DNA of 55,711 nt, counting the filler, from Catajapyx aquilonaris (Eukaryota): NCBI GenBank assembly GCA_000934665.2. It is 3 parts of 3 records of this genome, joined end to end, with 100 filler letters (N's around TTAATTAATTAA, not from the genome) between each part and the next. Parts side by side here need not be neighbours in the genome. Positions count along the whole stretch, not along the records: positions 1 to 18,489 come from JYFJ02006679.1; positions 18,590 to 37,110 come from JYFJ02006680.1; 1 more part is not named here. One strand, 5' to 3'. Numbering within the stretch: the stretch's first letter is position 1; each line of letters starts with the position of its first letter. The notes beneath the pieces were generated by a model, which ran no database searches, was not told the DNA's origin, and saw nothing but the letters and a program-made list of their open reading frames with translations. Both the position numbers and the translations under genes were made by a program. Positions 11,439 through 23,624 of the stretch are shown piece by piece.

Positions 11439-14400
11439 TTACATTTTGATGTTCTTTAGAGCCACCATGTTCTCCACGTCTTGCACAGTATCAGGCAATC
11501 TTTGATTCTTGGTTTCGGGCAGGAGGAGGCATACCCCTGCCGCAACCACAGCCAGGCTGCCAAATGTAGCAGGAGGTATAAATTTGCTGTACCTCCCCAA
11601 AATGTCCAGCACAAATGGAGCTACCATTGCCCCTGCTCTCGCACAGGTTGAGCCAAAGCCGACTGCAACATTCCGAGTCTGTGTTGGGAACAGCTCTGCG
11701 GTGTAGAGATATCCAGTGCAAAATGCCATTGCATTTGCGAAATTGCAGGTCAAAGACAGGGCTACTTGAGTGATGTGGTCATCTGGAATAAAGTTGAGTA
11801 ATTTTGTGTACTTGAACATTACTGGCAGGATGAAGCAATATGATTTTTGTTGTTCTTAAAATGAAAGCTGTGTTCCTATATTCATGTCTTGCAGGGGCAT
11901 GTTACCAGTGGCTGGCTCGAAATTAATTTGTTAAGTAATTTATACCTTGTTTGCTTGTCGTTAACCCGAAGACGTCTTGGAATTGGAGCAGGGATTGGTA
12001 AATAAGGTGCCGCAACACAAGGCAGTGAGCTCATATGGAAAGTCTTGACAAAAATACAATGGAAAGGATGGTGGTCATATAGTAAGTTTAGGCACTGCGT
12101 TCTGCCTCTGACATGCCACTAGACACTAGAGTTTGTTTTCCTTCATGAGTAATGCTTGTGATGACTTGCCATGCAAGCATGTCGCCTAATGTAATTGCCT
12201 CAGGAGTTGCGTGTGTTTTGGGTGGAGCTGGTGTGCAAAAAAGGGCCTTATATTCACAGTATTAGTGACAGTCTTGTATGATTACATTATGAAGCAACTG
12301 GAATTTGATTTGTACCAGATTAGTTGGAAAGGAAGCACGTAGACTATTTGTAGATGTAATTTAGTTCATCAACTGTCAGTTTCTCATATGTGTTGCATGA
12401 TAAATACTGCATTAGGGAAGTGTGGACATGACCAATACCATTCATGGCAATTCAGACATGGTTCTGTCAATAACATTATTTCATTCACTCCTAAGGGTAC
12501 ATTGAACTTACCTACTTGTACCAGCATGCTGCTTAAAACAGCTGTCCCTGCAACGAGGTGGCAAAGAGCATAGGTCAGTCTTCGACCCAAGTACTCTTGG
12601 GGAAGGTATGCCACTATCCTTGAAATTAGACTGTTGAAACCAGTTATCAGAACTACCAGGAAGGGGGAGACTCGCAGGCGAGTAGCAGAGAATGCAATGC
12701 CATAATATACCATTGAGGCAATAAACCAGCAGAAGAAGAGCCTCGTGCTTCTCCGACGCATTTCTGGCGTCCTAATCAGCACGTTAAATCGAGCACACAC
12801 TCCTGGACAGGATCCTTTCCGCTTTGGCGGCATCTTGGTAGCAATAGCCTGCAAGGAAACCAAGATGTGAAACGTAAGGGCAGGTTTTTCATTTCCTGCC
12901 TTACCGTCAGCTTCTCCATGACCTGTGGCAGATCTTGGATGTCTTCAGAGCAGGCTTTATTGCATCTAGCAGCCAAGGAAAGCACCTTGGTGGCATCGGC
13001 AGTGCGTCCTCTGGAGAGTAACCACCGAGGTGAGTCAGGAAGGTAGAGCCAATAGGAAAGCATGAGGGTCATAGGCAGAGCCATGGCCATCTGAAGCATA
13101 TGCCAATCCCTAATAAAATAGGCCCAACCAGCGAAACACATGTGGCCCAAAGCATGCGGCATGTTGTAAGCCATGGCTGCCACTGCCCTGCGCTCCGCTG
13201 GAACTATCTCGGTGACTGTAAATGGCAATAACATGTCACTGGTAAATTGTGTCATTACATTTGAGATTTTAAGCAGTAATTTTTAGTACATATGTGAAGG
13301 ATAAATTGATTGTAATGCACAAGTTTTATTTTATTGAAGCCTGAGATTGAAAGGCAAGGTCGCAGGGAGGGATGCATACTTTCCAGGATATTTCATGCCT
13401 TGTGTTCCCACAGCATTTTCTGCTAGAATCTATGCCGGAAACACCTACTCGTTGCAAAATTAGCTCCGAATCAAACAAGTCTTGCGCAATCAGTTTGCTG
13501 TGGACTTCGCAATAACACGCACGTGGTGTATCAAAGCCATGTTAGTGACATAGACCGCCTAGTATATATTTACAATCACATCATCGCGCGGTAGTTTTAT
13601 GATCGGAGATTAACCAAAAGCAGGACATCAAGGTTTATGACCGTGGGTTTAGTTGCATTTAACGCATTTTTATCATCGGATGATAAATTTTCGTCCTCAT
13701 TAAACACTGGGTTACACACTAATCCAGTTAGTCTACAGTACAGATCAGTCATGACCTTACCCAACACATAATTGCAGGTGTGAATCCCAGCGACACCAGC
13801 ACCGTTGAAAATGCGCAATATGAGGAACACGTAGTAGTTGGGCGCAAATGCTGACGCTAGGGCAAAGGTCATTTCCAGCACTGATGCAGCCAGGCAAGCG
13901 GTCCTCCGTCCGAATCTAAAATTGGGGACATTGCATATATCACCAAATCAAGTTATCCGATAATGTCATCTCAGCATACGAACTTGTCAGATATGGCTCC
14001 GAAGATGATGGACCCCAAGAGAAGCCCGAACATGTACGAACTTTGCAGTACAGCCAGTAACGGACGACGAGAACACACCAAATTCCACTGAAAAACACGC
14101 AGTTAGGTCACTCAAAAGCTGACCTAATATAAACTAGGGTCAAGGGTTACTCCATAGAAAGTTTAAACATTTGAAAATGGCCAGAAAAGATGCACTTCTG
14201 CTGCTTCTGCTAAGAGCAAATCAGAGGTAAATTTTTTTAAAAGGTGCAAATGTTTACGACTTTTTAAATATATACTAGGCACCAACTTGCCAAAATTTGG
14301 CAATATTGCGAAAGTGGAGAGAGAGACGCGGACCAGGCTGTGACATCCGACGGTGGATTGCAGAAGTAACACGAAGGCAGAAGTAAGCGAGTCGCCACCC

Positions 14401-15058
14401 AGAAGGTGGCGCCCAACGCCCGGAACGGCGGAAATGGGAATTCCGTGGAAAGGTCGCGGTCGGCTTTTTTTAAGGCGGTCGCCGTTATTTGCGTTTTTAG
14501 AAATTCCCTGGACACTATTTCCAAAACAAAAAAAAAGTTTATTGCAAATATAGAAAACGCGGGCTAAATTTTGACACCACTCCCAATGCTGTAGGCCGTA
14601 CGGTGCAGGAGGAGTTTACATCACGGTCGGGTATTAATAATCTAGATTTTTGGGCCAATGCAATATGACTTGTACCTCTGTGACCACCGTGGAGTCGAAG
14701 ACGGAGTGGTCGTAGTCCCACTCTTGGCACTCGTCTGTCGTGTTGGTCCATCGACACAGACTCTCCTTGGTGGACATGGAGTGATTTCGACCCGCCTCGT
14801 CCCCTCGACACCAGTGCGGTGGTATGCCTCCGAGGAAGATGAGCCCCATGTTCTGCTGGGTGACGAAGAAGGCTTCGTAGGAGGCAGCCAGCAGGATGGC
14901 CCATTGCCACCGACCGAATCCTCCGACCAGAGATAGCGCATCTTCGAAGCGAGCTGCCATCGTCCGCTCCACAGTACCTTCTGACCACTGGCTACCGACG
15001 GAGCTGCGCCGGGTGAGTGTCTGCTCGTCGTCGTCCAATCCGGATTCGGTAGGCGAAC
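11439..15058 (-). CDS. SLC22 family organic cation transporter (Orct-like MFS); 511 aa from ATG 14960, or 548 aa with the putative upstream exon
   Basis: Exons 15058(ATG 14960)-14676, 14087-13984 (104 nt), 13915-13761 (155 nt), 13215-12905, 12848-12512 and 11782-11439. All are GT-AG and phase-consistent. Motifs: FEDAL..VGGFGRWQ, HWC, STVVTEWNLVC, SDKFGRR, EIVP..RR, PDSPRWL, YTAELFPT..R, LLPETK..LPDT. Confidence 0.93.
14275..14646 (-). mobile_element. Non-autonomous Helitron, copy 1, in an SLC22 intron
   Basis: On the - strand: A|TCTAGATTATTAATACCCGAC ... hairpin TTGCCAAATTTTGGCAA ... CTAG|T, an AT insertion site with no TSD. Strongly similar to 20184-20584. Confidence 0.85.
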
Positions 15059-16567
15059 CTATTTTATCACGATACAGCCACGGTAATTTATAATGCTCTA
15101 TAAATCGTAATATTTATCGGCCTTCGCTCCCGAGCATTTTTTTAAAAACGAAAGGAAAATATGTGATGATGATAGCGGATGTTTACACGTCTTACTTGCG
15201 GCATGTTTGTACCTTCGCTTCGGGTGTCACTGGGATGTATCTTGTCCATTACATTGTCTGGTTTCAATTACGAGATGTCAACGGGATGGTGACGTTTTTG
15301 TACGTTATTCGGGCTTGACCGATAATAATATAGGATATACAATATGCATAAAAGTGGGGGACAATTACTTCTTGTGTTACATTATGGCGTAACTTGGAAA
15401 CTTACAATATCCAGGCGGTATTTTTTTTACTGTCAGTATTTGTGTGTATTAAATCATCATGTAGACCGTAGAGTGGCGCTATTTGATTCCAACGTAAGCA
15501 ATATTGCAAAGAGCCCCTTCCCATTAGGCTTCATGTCAGACATTGAGGTACAGGGGTTAGCTGTGTGGCCAGGATAAACGTACAGGCCAACCCACGGGCC
15601 AACCCAAATACTGTCGCACCAAAAATAAATGTAGTAAGACAGGACCAGTGTTAGTCTATGTCTCTACTGTAGGCATTCTCTACACATTGGACAATAAAAA
15701 ATAATCGGTACAGGGGAATAGTCGTCAGTAATATTAATGCTGAGGCATGTTTGATCGTTTGGATCATGTACTATCAAATGCAATTCCATATCTTCTTGTT
15801 ACCTGTTGCTCTCTGAGGCTAACACTTCAATCTGATGTACACTTCTACAATGACCTGTCATTTCCATATAAGTTTGCAGGATGCTTATGTAAGAGTTTGT
15901 TTTTCTCTCTTTGAGTGCAATGATATATCTGCGTAGTTGAGTGAAGATCTTATATCAAAGTTGCATTCTGGTGTATTGTTATGCAATTGCGATGCAGATA
16001 AGTTCAGATATTAATAACCAAAAAGTGAGCAACAATTCATGCATTATTATGACCCACAGTACCTGTACTGTTAATAATATTATAAAATGAAATTCTGCAG
16101 AAGGCTGCCACTGCAGCACTGACTTTGTAGGTTAGCCCTGCATCCAGCCAGTGTTGTAAAAGGCATTACAGGATGAGAGATATGCGGTATAAATTGCATA
16201 ATTGGTTGGGGTTTGGCAAGGGATTGAAATTCTGATAGGAGAGATAGGTTTAAAGTCCAATATTTCTACCAAATCAATGGTGGGGAAATGTGTCACAGTT
16301 CCACCAGTATGCTAATGTCCCAACAACCATCAGACACCAGAGAAACACGTGCAGCAGAAAAGAAACCAAGTAAGGAAGATCCCAAATCTTAATCATCAAG
16401 CTTTTTCACACAATGACCACATGATCATTTTTGATACTAGAAAAATTCACAGCTTCTTTCAATGTGATGGCCAATTGGCACTAATGTATAACATTTTATG
16501 CTGTTTAGAAACTTTAGAAAATGCTGAAGTTCCACTTTGGAGTAGAAGCATGCCATGGAATATACAT

Positions 16568-16919
16568 TTTTTTTTTTTTTTTAACGTTACCCCGTGCTAG
16601 GGCCATGGGTCCTTATAGGGAGGTGGGATACCACCATTTTCTTCAATTTTCTATTTTTTCTTCTTCACTCCGGTGCAAGGATGAAAGGACATGGGGAAGG
16701 GATAGGGGATTTTTGGGGAGGGAACATGGGTGCAAGGTGCACGTCTGAAAAACGGGTCATGTGCTGTTCCCCAGGAGGTTAGGTTGCCAGACACCTCCTT
16801 GGTGCAGGTCAGAGACCCTCCCGACGCAGGTGAAAGGAAAGTTCCCCAGGAGGGGATCGAACCTGGGGCCTTTCACACAGCAAGCCGTGACGTTACCATC
16901 ACGGCCACCACACCTCCCC
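16568..16919 (-). mobile_element. tRNA-derived SINE, family A, copy 1
   Basis: Pol III A box (TGGCCGTGATGG) and B box (GGTTCGATCCC) on the - strand, a poly(A) tail, and a TSD gccatggaata(t/g)acat at 16552-16567 and 16920-16935. Confidence 0.9.
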
Positions 16920-17475
16920 GCCATGGAATAGACATAAAAACATGTAGTATGTAGAATGTATACGTCACTGATGGAAATACTATCAGAGAGTAGTTGCTTT
17001 AGCTACAAGCATTTTATTACCAAAAGAATTTATCCATAACATCCTGTCAATTACTGCAAATCTTGCTGCGGTTGAAATTGGTTAATTATGAGTTCGTAGT
17101 TTTTGAAAAGACCTCAATTATAAGCATTGTTTTAGTTCTGCTGTTAATTACAACAAAAATTAATCATCACAACATATTTCAAAAAGCAATTCACAGAGTT
17201 GTGCTTTTTCTTTGAGTCATTGTTACCCTAGCTGCCTAGCACCATCAGCAATCAATTTATTTTTAGGTTTTAAGAATTCCCAGAAAAGCCAGGTTCTGAA
17301 CTGTTCAAAAAGATTCCTAAAATAGGTATGAATTTCTCCATTTATATATTTTTAAAGAATCTAAACCATGTGTCTCAAAGTAACATATATGATACATTAG
17401 AGGAAAAGAGAATCAGTGATCAGTAAGTAAAATCCTGATGCAATATAAGAGCATGTAGAAGACCTCAGTGTGACT

Positions 17476-17677
17476 TACAGACATGGATGTCTGATTTTTG
17501 TTTTAATATTCTGTTAGATTATAATATTTGCACACAGTGGAACAGAATAGAAAAATTCGACCTTGTGTGATTATGCCCTGGTATAGGTTGATGGCCTAAT
17601 TTTTCATTTCTGCTCCAGTGTGTACAGATATACTAACATAATTTTTAAAGTATAAAAATCAGACACCCATGTCTGTA
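17476..17677. mobile_element. Degenerate foldback MITE, TA-flanked (Tc1/mariner type)
   Basis: tacagacatgg(a)tgtctgattttt ... aaaaatcagacacccatgtctgta, with a further internal inverted match cacagtggaacagaa / ttctgctccagtgtg. Confidence 0.65.
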
Positions 17678-18489
17678 GGTTGGCCATATCCCCTCTTATC
17701 ACAATGAGTTATATTTTCGACCTAGGTAATTGATCGTGCATTTTTCCAAGAAAGGGAGATGCAAATATGCTTCAATGCTCTGCAAATTGAATAACTACTT
17801 TATTATTAGAGAGGTGTCATTCTGTTGGTCTTAACGAGGTGGCCAGGTATAACCTGGTCACCGGTGGCTACCCCTTTATGGGAATTAAGCCTTGATGTAA
17901 TGAATGAACGAACAAATGAAGGATTACAGCCACCTTTACCATTACTCCATTCTGAGAAGTGTACATATTCCGACATATTCAGTGGCTTGGGAACAGACAC
18001 AATTTCATAGCAGTAAGTAGTATCCCAAGGCTTATTACGGAGCCTCATGGAAAAATTCCGCAGTGGCGCCACCGTCTATGCGAGTTTAACATGGGAAAGC
18101 GCCACTGCGGCCATTTCTGTAACTAGTAAATATGCGTGGGAAGAGTCTCCAGCCAATCAGGAGGCTCGGCGAGAAGCTACGCTTTGAAAAGCAGCGGCGG
18201 CCCCCCGCGGCAGTGGCAGCACCGTCGCCCGAGTTGGCGAAATAAAAATCCCCTGCAGCGGGCGCCGAGCCGGGCTGGAACCCAGGGCCTCCCGATTAGG
18301 ATGACGTTGCCCTTAGGATCACGGCCAAAGCCGCATGCCTGGTAAGAGAGGTGCCGGGAGGCGCCCTATATGCAGCCACCGCCACCACCACGGGGGCCCC
18401 CCAGGGCCTCACCGTAGGGGAAAATTTGGCATTGCCTAAATTCCGATCACGTGACGTGGCACAATTTGGCAGGTCCAGAATATCAGTGG

Positions 18490-18589
18490 NNNNNNNNNNN
18501 NNNNNNNNNNNNNNNNNNNNNNNNNNNNNNNNNTTAATTAATTAANNNNNNNNNNNNNNNNNNNNNNNNNNNNNNNNNNNNNNNNNNNN
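18490..18589. other. Assembly gap with artificial TTAATTAATTAA linker
   Basis: 100-bp block of Ns containing ttaattaattaa at 18534-18545. An identical construct is at 37111-37210. Confidence 0.95.
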
Positions 18590-18767
18590 ATCTGGGGGTT
18601 GCGGGGGGGTTAGTCCGGCCGATTAAAGAGCCGATAAGCTAGTTCACCACGATGGACTTCTCCTTTAGATATAAGGCTCCTTTACCTGCCGCCATGTTTA
18701 CAGGCGTCACGTGACTTGCAGGAGCATACATGTGGGAGACACCGCGATTCCGGCCTTAGAATACTAA

Positions 18768-19104
18768 GGTCTGGACACTCCCTCTTATCGCCTGCCATGA
18801 GGTGCTCACTTGAGAGCGCCATGAGACAGCTTTTCACTGCTCCATGGACTACGCTGAACTAAGGTAGAAGAGAAGCCGCTACATGCAGGTCCAACATGGC
18901 CGCCAGCGACCATGTTGGGTCCCCCAATGTAGCGCTTCCCTTTTGTACCTATAAAGTTCAGCGCGGTCCGGTAGGGTCGCCACATATTGTAGCAGTGATG
19001 GCGCTCTCAAGTGAGCACCTTATGCAAAGCGCCCCGGCAGGCGATAAGATAAGATTGTAGGGGTAGTGTCCGGGGGCTGGACGCGATTAATGTCCAACAC
19101 TGTA
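18768..19104. mobile_element. Palindromic repeat element (copy 1) followed by a TA-flanked TIR
   Basis: Long imperfect hairpin: ggacact...cttatcgcctgcc...ggtgctcacttgagagcgccat pairs with atggcgctctcaagtgagcacc...ggcaggcgataag...agtgtcc. The right arm is near-identical to about 23010-23200. Ends in attaatgtccaacactgTA. Confidence 0.75.
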
Positions 19105-19286
19105 CGTTTCAGACTGTCGAGTGACCACTCATGTTACCTGTAAAAAGCCAACATAGTTTAACAGTTTCACCCTTGTGTGGATTCCGTTTCTGAGAAGAAT
19201 TTTTAAGTGGAATGTGACATTTATTCGGAGGTTTTGCTGAGAGCTTGGACTCGATTCAGTTCCTATTTAAGCGAGCATCCATCTAC

Positions 19287-19299
19287 CTGGGGAAATCAT
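19287..19299 (-). CDS. Putative first coding exon of the SLC22 gene (MISP/G)
   Basis: ATG ATT TCC CCA G|GTAGAT is a phase-1 donor that joins the phase-1 acceptor aaaatag|GT TCG CCT at 15058 in frame. ETS (CCGGAAGT near 19570) and YY1-like (AATGGCGG near 19667) motifs lie upstream. Confidence 0.45.
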
Positions 19300-20183
19300 C
19301 TACCGTCGTCTTGTCGATTGAAGACCGAGTCCAACTGGTTTCTCAGAAAAAAAGGGCACTTGCGCTTGCCCAAAGATGAAAGTCGTTAAGAAGTGCAATC
19401 TCAGGAGGTGGCAAATAAAGAAAGAGGATAAGAAAGGCGAGAAAGTGAAGAAAACGGCAATAGGAGCCGGTAATAGTAGACGGATAGAAAGAAAAAAAAA
19501 AGAAGAAGAAGAGAAACTCTTTTAAGTGCAACAGCTGGCTTTTAACATCTCGGAAGCCGACTTTTCTTTCCGGAAGTTGCAGACAACTTTAGTAACTTGG
19601 TACTACAGTAAACCGTCGAACGCACTGTGTAAAAAAAAAGGACCGTTTCTGAAGATACGTATACGTAATGGCGGTATTCAAGTACTTGACTGATTGCTCC
19701 AGACAATGAAGAATGGGGGGAGAGATTGAGGCTGGGGAAGGATGGTGGGGCGTGGGAACGTGGAGTTGGAGGGGGGGGGGGGTGAGAGCGGAGACACTGT
19801 TATTGGAATTATTTGCCGGTTCGTACTGTATAGCTAGGGGATTACAAATCCGGAACTAAGGGCCTCTGGATTGCAAGGGTGATTACGAAAATTGAAGGCT
19901 TTAGGGAAACAACGCGCTAAGTCCGGATTTGGTGGAAAATGAGTTGTGCACGGTGTTAGGGTTGACAAGGTTATATTTTATGCAGTGGCTATGGTTTTGG
20001 TTGGTGATAAAACAAAGTTGATGGATGGACGAAATATCTAGCATTTTCATCGTGCGCAATAGAATATGTGGGCCTTTTACGAGACAAATGAGGTTACAAT
20101 GAAACTGTCGAAGCCTTTTTGGCTGGCTTCTTTGTTATTGTAATAGGCTTGCTGGTGCTGCCAGGCAAATATTTTAAACATCA

Positions 20184-20584
20184 TCTATATACTATTAATA
20201 CCCGACTGTTCGTACAACTACTCCCGCACCCTACGGCTTACACCCTACAGCATTGGGAGTGCGGAGTGGTGTCAAAATTTAGCCCGTGTTTTCTAGATTT
20301 GCAATAAACTTGGGGGGGGGGGGGGGNGAATTTATAAAACGCAAAAAAAAGCCGACCGCCTCGAAAAAAAACCACCCTGACCTTTCCAAGGAATTCCCAT
20401 TTCCACCGTTCCGGGCACGGGGCGCCACCTCCTGGGTGGCGACTCGCTTACTTCTGCACCGTCTTACTTCGGCACTTCACCGTCGGATGTCGCTGCCTGG
20501 TCCGCGTCTCCCTCTCTCTCTCTCTGTCCACTAACTTTCGCAATTTTGCCTATTTTTGCCAAATTTTGGCAAGTTGGTGACTAG
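20184..20584 (+). mobile_element. Non-autonomous Helitron, copy 2
   Basis: A|TCTATATACTATTAATACCCGAC ... TTGCCAAATTTTGGCAA hairpin, then AAGTTGGTGACTAG|T. The shared internal block (ggaattcccatttcc.ccgttccgggc...tgggtggcgactcgcttacttctgc) is reverse-complementary to copy 1. Confidence 0.85.
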
Positions 20585-21501
20585 TGACCTCTTAATGTTG
20601 ATGGTGTGGCAAGTATTATCATAATTGCATATGAAAATTTATGAAGCATGAATGAATATTTAGGATAAGCACATTATAACCCACATAATTATAGAGTACA
20701 CTATCTACCTAATAGTATTGCGGAGACTCATTCTCCCAGGTGCCCAAGATATACAAATTTGTATAACCTGGGCACCACTTGCGGCGCATTTTTCACTTGC
20801 CACATAATTATGAGGTATGTGCCACAGGTAATGACGGTGAGAGTTGCTGGAACATAGGGTGAAAGTTTTGACTCCAGGCTAGCACGTATTTTGTGCAACT
20901 GTTACCCAGGATCCCAACTTGAGTCAAGTACAGAGCAAGATCTTCTCAGATACCAGGTCTTTTGGGACACCCGTCGTGTTCGTAGTGTCGTATCTAGTGA
21001 GAAGTATGTTTTGTCACGAGTTTGTAATGCACTAAAGTGGTATGGGAATGATGGCGGATAATGGGGGCGATAACCTTAGCACACTAGCAATGAAATAAAT
21101 TACTTGGATATAAACATTAGTCGCTTATTATTTAAGACACGAATGGACACAAAGCTACATATTTCTTTAAGCCAATCTGCATCCGACATTTTAAGAGCAG
21201 TCCTATTTAAAAAAAAAACAACATCAACATTTATTAAGCTCACAACCATTATGAGTTGAGCCATTTGACATGTTGGCACCTGTCACGTAGCATTACGAAC
21301 TTATGAGAAACAAGATAAATTCAACAATCCCGAGCATCAAATTTAAGCTTTCTGACCGAATCCACGAAGAATGATGTGTTATTAAGCTATCAGGCATTCT
21401 TTAATCACTATTCAGTGCAGACAGATTGAGACTATTGAATATCGATTTAATTCCCAATCGTTTCAATATTCTTGAGCAATATATCGTGGGCATACCGTAG
21501 A

Positions 21502-21529
21502 AATAATAATAATAGTAATAATAATAGTA

Positions 21530-21570
<41 letters not shown>

Positions 21571-21580
21571 TAATAATAAT
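21502..21580. repeat. (AAT)n microsatellite
   Basis: About 26 AAT/AGT units. Confidence 0.95.
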
Positions 21581-21782
21581 TTTTTGCAAAAGAAACAGTT
21601 TCAAGATAATACAAACCATTGTAAACAAATGGTTTGTATTATCTCGAAACTGTTTCTCAGAGAATCCTGGCTTGCTGGCTCATTGTGAATTTTCAAGACG
21701 TAACGGACTTTTAAAAAGCTACTTCTTAATGGTGTGTATAACTTGGACTTTCATGTATGCCCACAACATTATACCTTAATTA

Positions 21783-22110
21783 GGGGAGGTTTGGTGACCG
21801 AGATGGTAACGTCTCGGCTTTCTGAGTGAAAGGTCCCAGGTTCGATCCCCGCCTGGGATTTCCCTTTCACCTGGGTCAGGAGGGTCTCTGACCCGCGCCT
21901 GGGAAGTGTCTGGCAACCTAACCTCCTGGGGAACAGCACATGACCCCTTTCCAGACATTGCACTTGCACCCATGTTCCCTCCCCAGAAATCCTTGTTCCT
22001 TGCACCGGTGAGAAACGAAAAAGTTATATTACACTGGAAAACTGATGGTGGTGTGCCACCCCCTCTAACGGCTTATAGTTGTATCACTGGGTAAAATAAA
22101 TAAATAAATA
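21783..22110 (+). mobile_element. tRNA-derived SINE, family A, copy 2
   Basis: A box TGACCGAGATGG (21795-21806), B box GGTTCGATCCC (21839-21849), body tgtctggcaacctaacctcct, (TAAA)n tail, and TSD taccttaatta (21772-21782 / 22112-22122). Confidence 0.9.
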
Positions 22111-22929
22111 TTACCTTAATTATGATTATACCAAACACACACATGCAAAATATCGGTGTCTGCTGAGATTTTCCATGCGGTTGACACCTAGCTGACAAGA
22201 CACACCAACCGGACATCAAATATGACACGTACATTGTTCTTGGCTGGCCAGTGGACAAGGGATTACAGGGGGTCGATTAGAGCACCGGTGCGGAGGAATA
22301 TCTCACGGTGATTACGAACAATCGAATGAGCCTGAATGAGATTTAACGACACTAATTATTTTCTCCGCCGCAGCGGGTACAACTCCCGCTACTCCTATCA
22401 CCTCAATATCCTTCAAGCGACTCTAATCCCACATAATACAGCTTCCTAAAGACCTAAATGATTTCCAGCCCCCAGGAATTATAATCAAACTAGGTCTCCC
22501 CACGCCGCCGCGCAACACACCAGGAATGGCTTCATTTCCGTGCCCTTGTCCGCACACGTGAATACGAATGCAATTATCTTGTATCGATTTCTGCCCGCTG
22601 GTGACGGATCAAATCTGACTTGTTCTTTGACCTTCCGGGATCATATTTCACCACCACATATGAGGGCAGACTATAGGCTATTGTCTCATTTTTATTGCAA
22701 TTATGGGTTATCAGCTGGGGTGTGTCCAAATTTGATGAAAATATGAGCGGCCACATTTTGTGTGGATATGGGAACATGTCGATATTGGGCCCGATATGAA
22801 ATGGATGGCGCATCTGGGAAGGTTCCTGGAGGTGGTTCAGGGGGGTGAAGGAGCAATGAACTCTGACCTCTTATATGGCACGTTCCGGGTTGTCCACGGT
22901 TGTTGACCCTTGCCACTTGGGTTGCTTCA

Positions 22930-23624
22930 CTATCTCTGCTACAATAGGCCTATGTGGCGACCCTACCGGACAGCGCTGAACTTAGGTAAAAGGGAAGCGG
23001 CTACATGCGGGTCCAACATGGTCGCCGGCGACCATGTTGGGTCCCCCAATATAGCGCTTCCCCTTTGTACCTATAAAGTTCAGCGCGGTCCGGTAGGGTC
23101 GCCACATATTGTAGCAGTGATGGCGCTCTCAAGTGAGCACCTCATGCAAAGCGCCCCGGCAGGCGATAAGATAAGATTGCAGGGGTAGTGTCCGAGGGCT
23201 GGTGTGAACCGTGCGAGTAAGAAGAGCGAGGCCTTGACTGACGCAGAGCTGGGCACGCTAACCGAAATTTTTAGCTCAGCTAACTTCCGCTAACAGCTAA
23301 TTCGGCTAAATTGCTAATGATAAACAGCTAGAATGATTAGGGGGGGTTTCCACTAACCTTTCTAGCTGTTAAGAATTAACGATTTGGTGATGTCCATGGT
23401 TTTTCTGAGCAAGTTAGCTGTTATCGAAAGTTAGCTGTGCCCACCTCTGGAGTGACGTCACCGGCTCGTGGACAATGGAGAAAAGACTTGTCCCCAGCCA
23501 GTGACGTCACCCAAGGGCTACCATTTCTTACTCGCACGGCTCGCACTCTATCGCTTCGAATTGCACGTCTGCCGCATCGGAAAATGTCGCTAGCAGTATG
23601 ACGGAATTAATGTCCAGCACTGTA
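22930..23624. mobile_element. Composite/nested element: palindromic repeat copy 2, an inverted-repeat element (23202-23546) and the shared terminal TIR
   Basis: Shares the 18.9-19.08 kb block. Followed by gtgtgaaccgtgcgagtaagaa pairing with ttcttactcgcacggctcgcac, then attaatgtccagcactgTA at 23606-23624. Confidence 0.7.
23244..23449. mobile_element. hAT-type MITE nested in the composite element
   Basis: TIR CAGAGCTGGGCAC.GCTAAC / GTTAGCTGTGCCCACCTCTG; 8-bp TSD gactgacg / gagtgacg (1 mismatch); subterminal GCTAA(C) repeats. Confidence 0.8.

Noticed and set aside
18534..18545. TTAATTAATTAA palindrome (also at 37155-37166)
   Set aside because: Identical, centred in 100-bp N blocks, and gives stops in all frames: a scaffolding linker, not biology.
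21783..21860. tRNA-like sequences (also near 16850-16919, 35000-35070 and 36530-36598)
   Set aside because: They are SINE heads: each continues into a repeat body with an A-rich tail and a TSD, and I cannot fold a clean cloverleaf.
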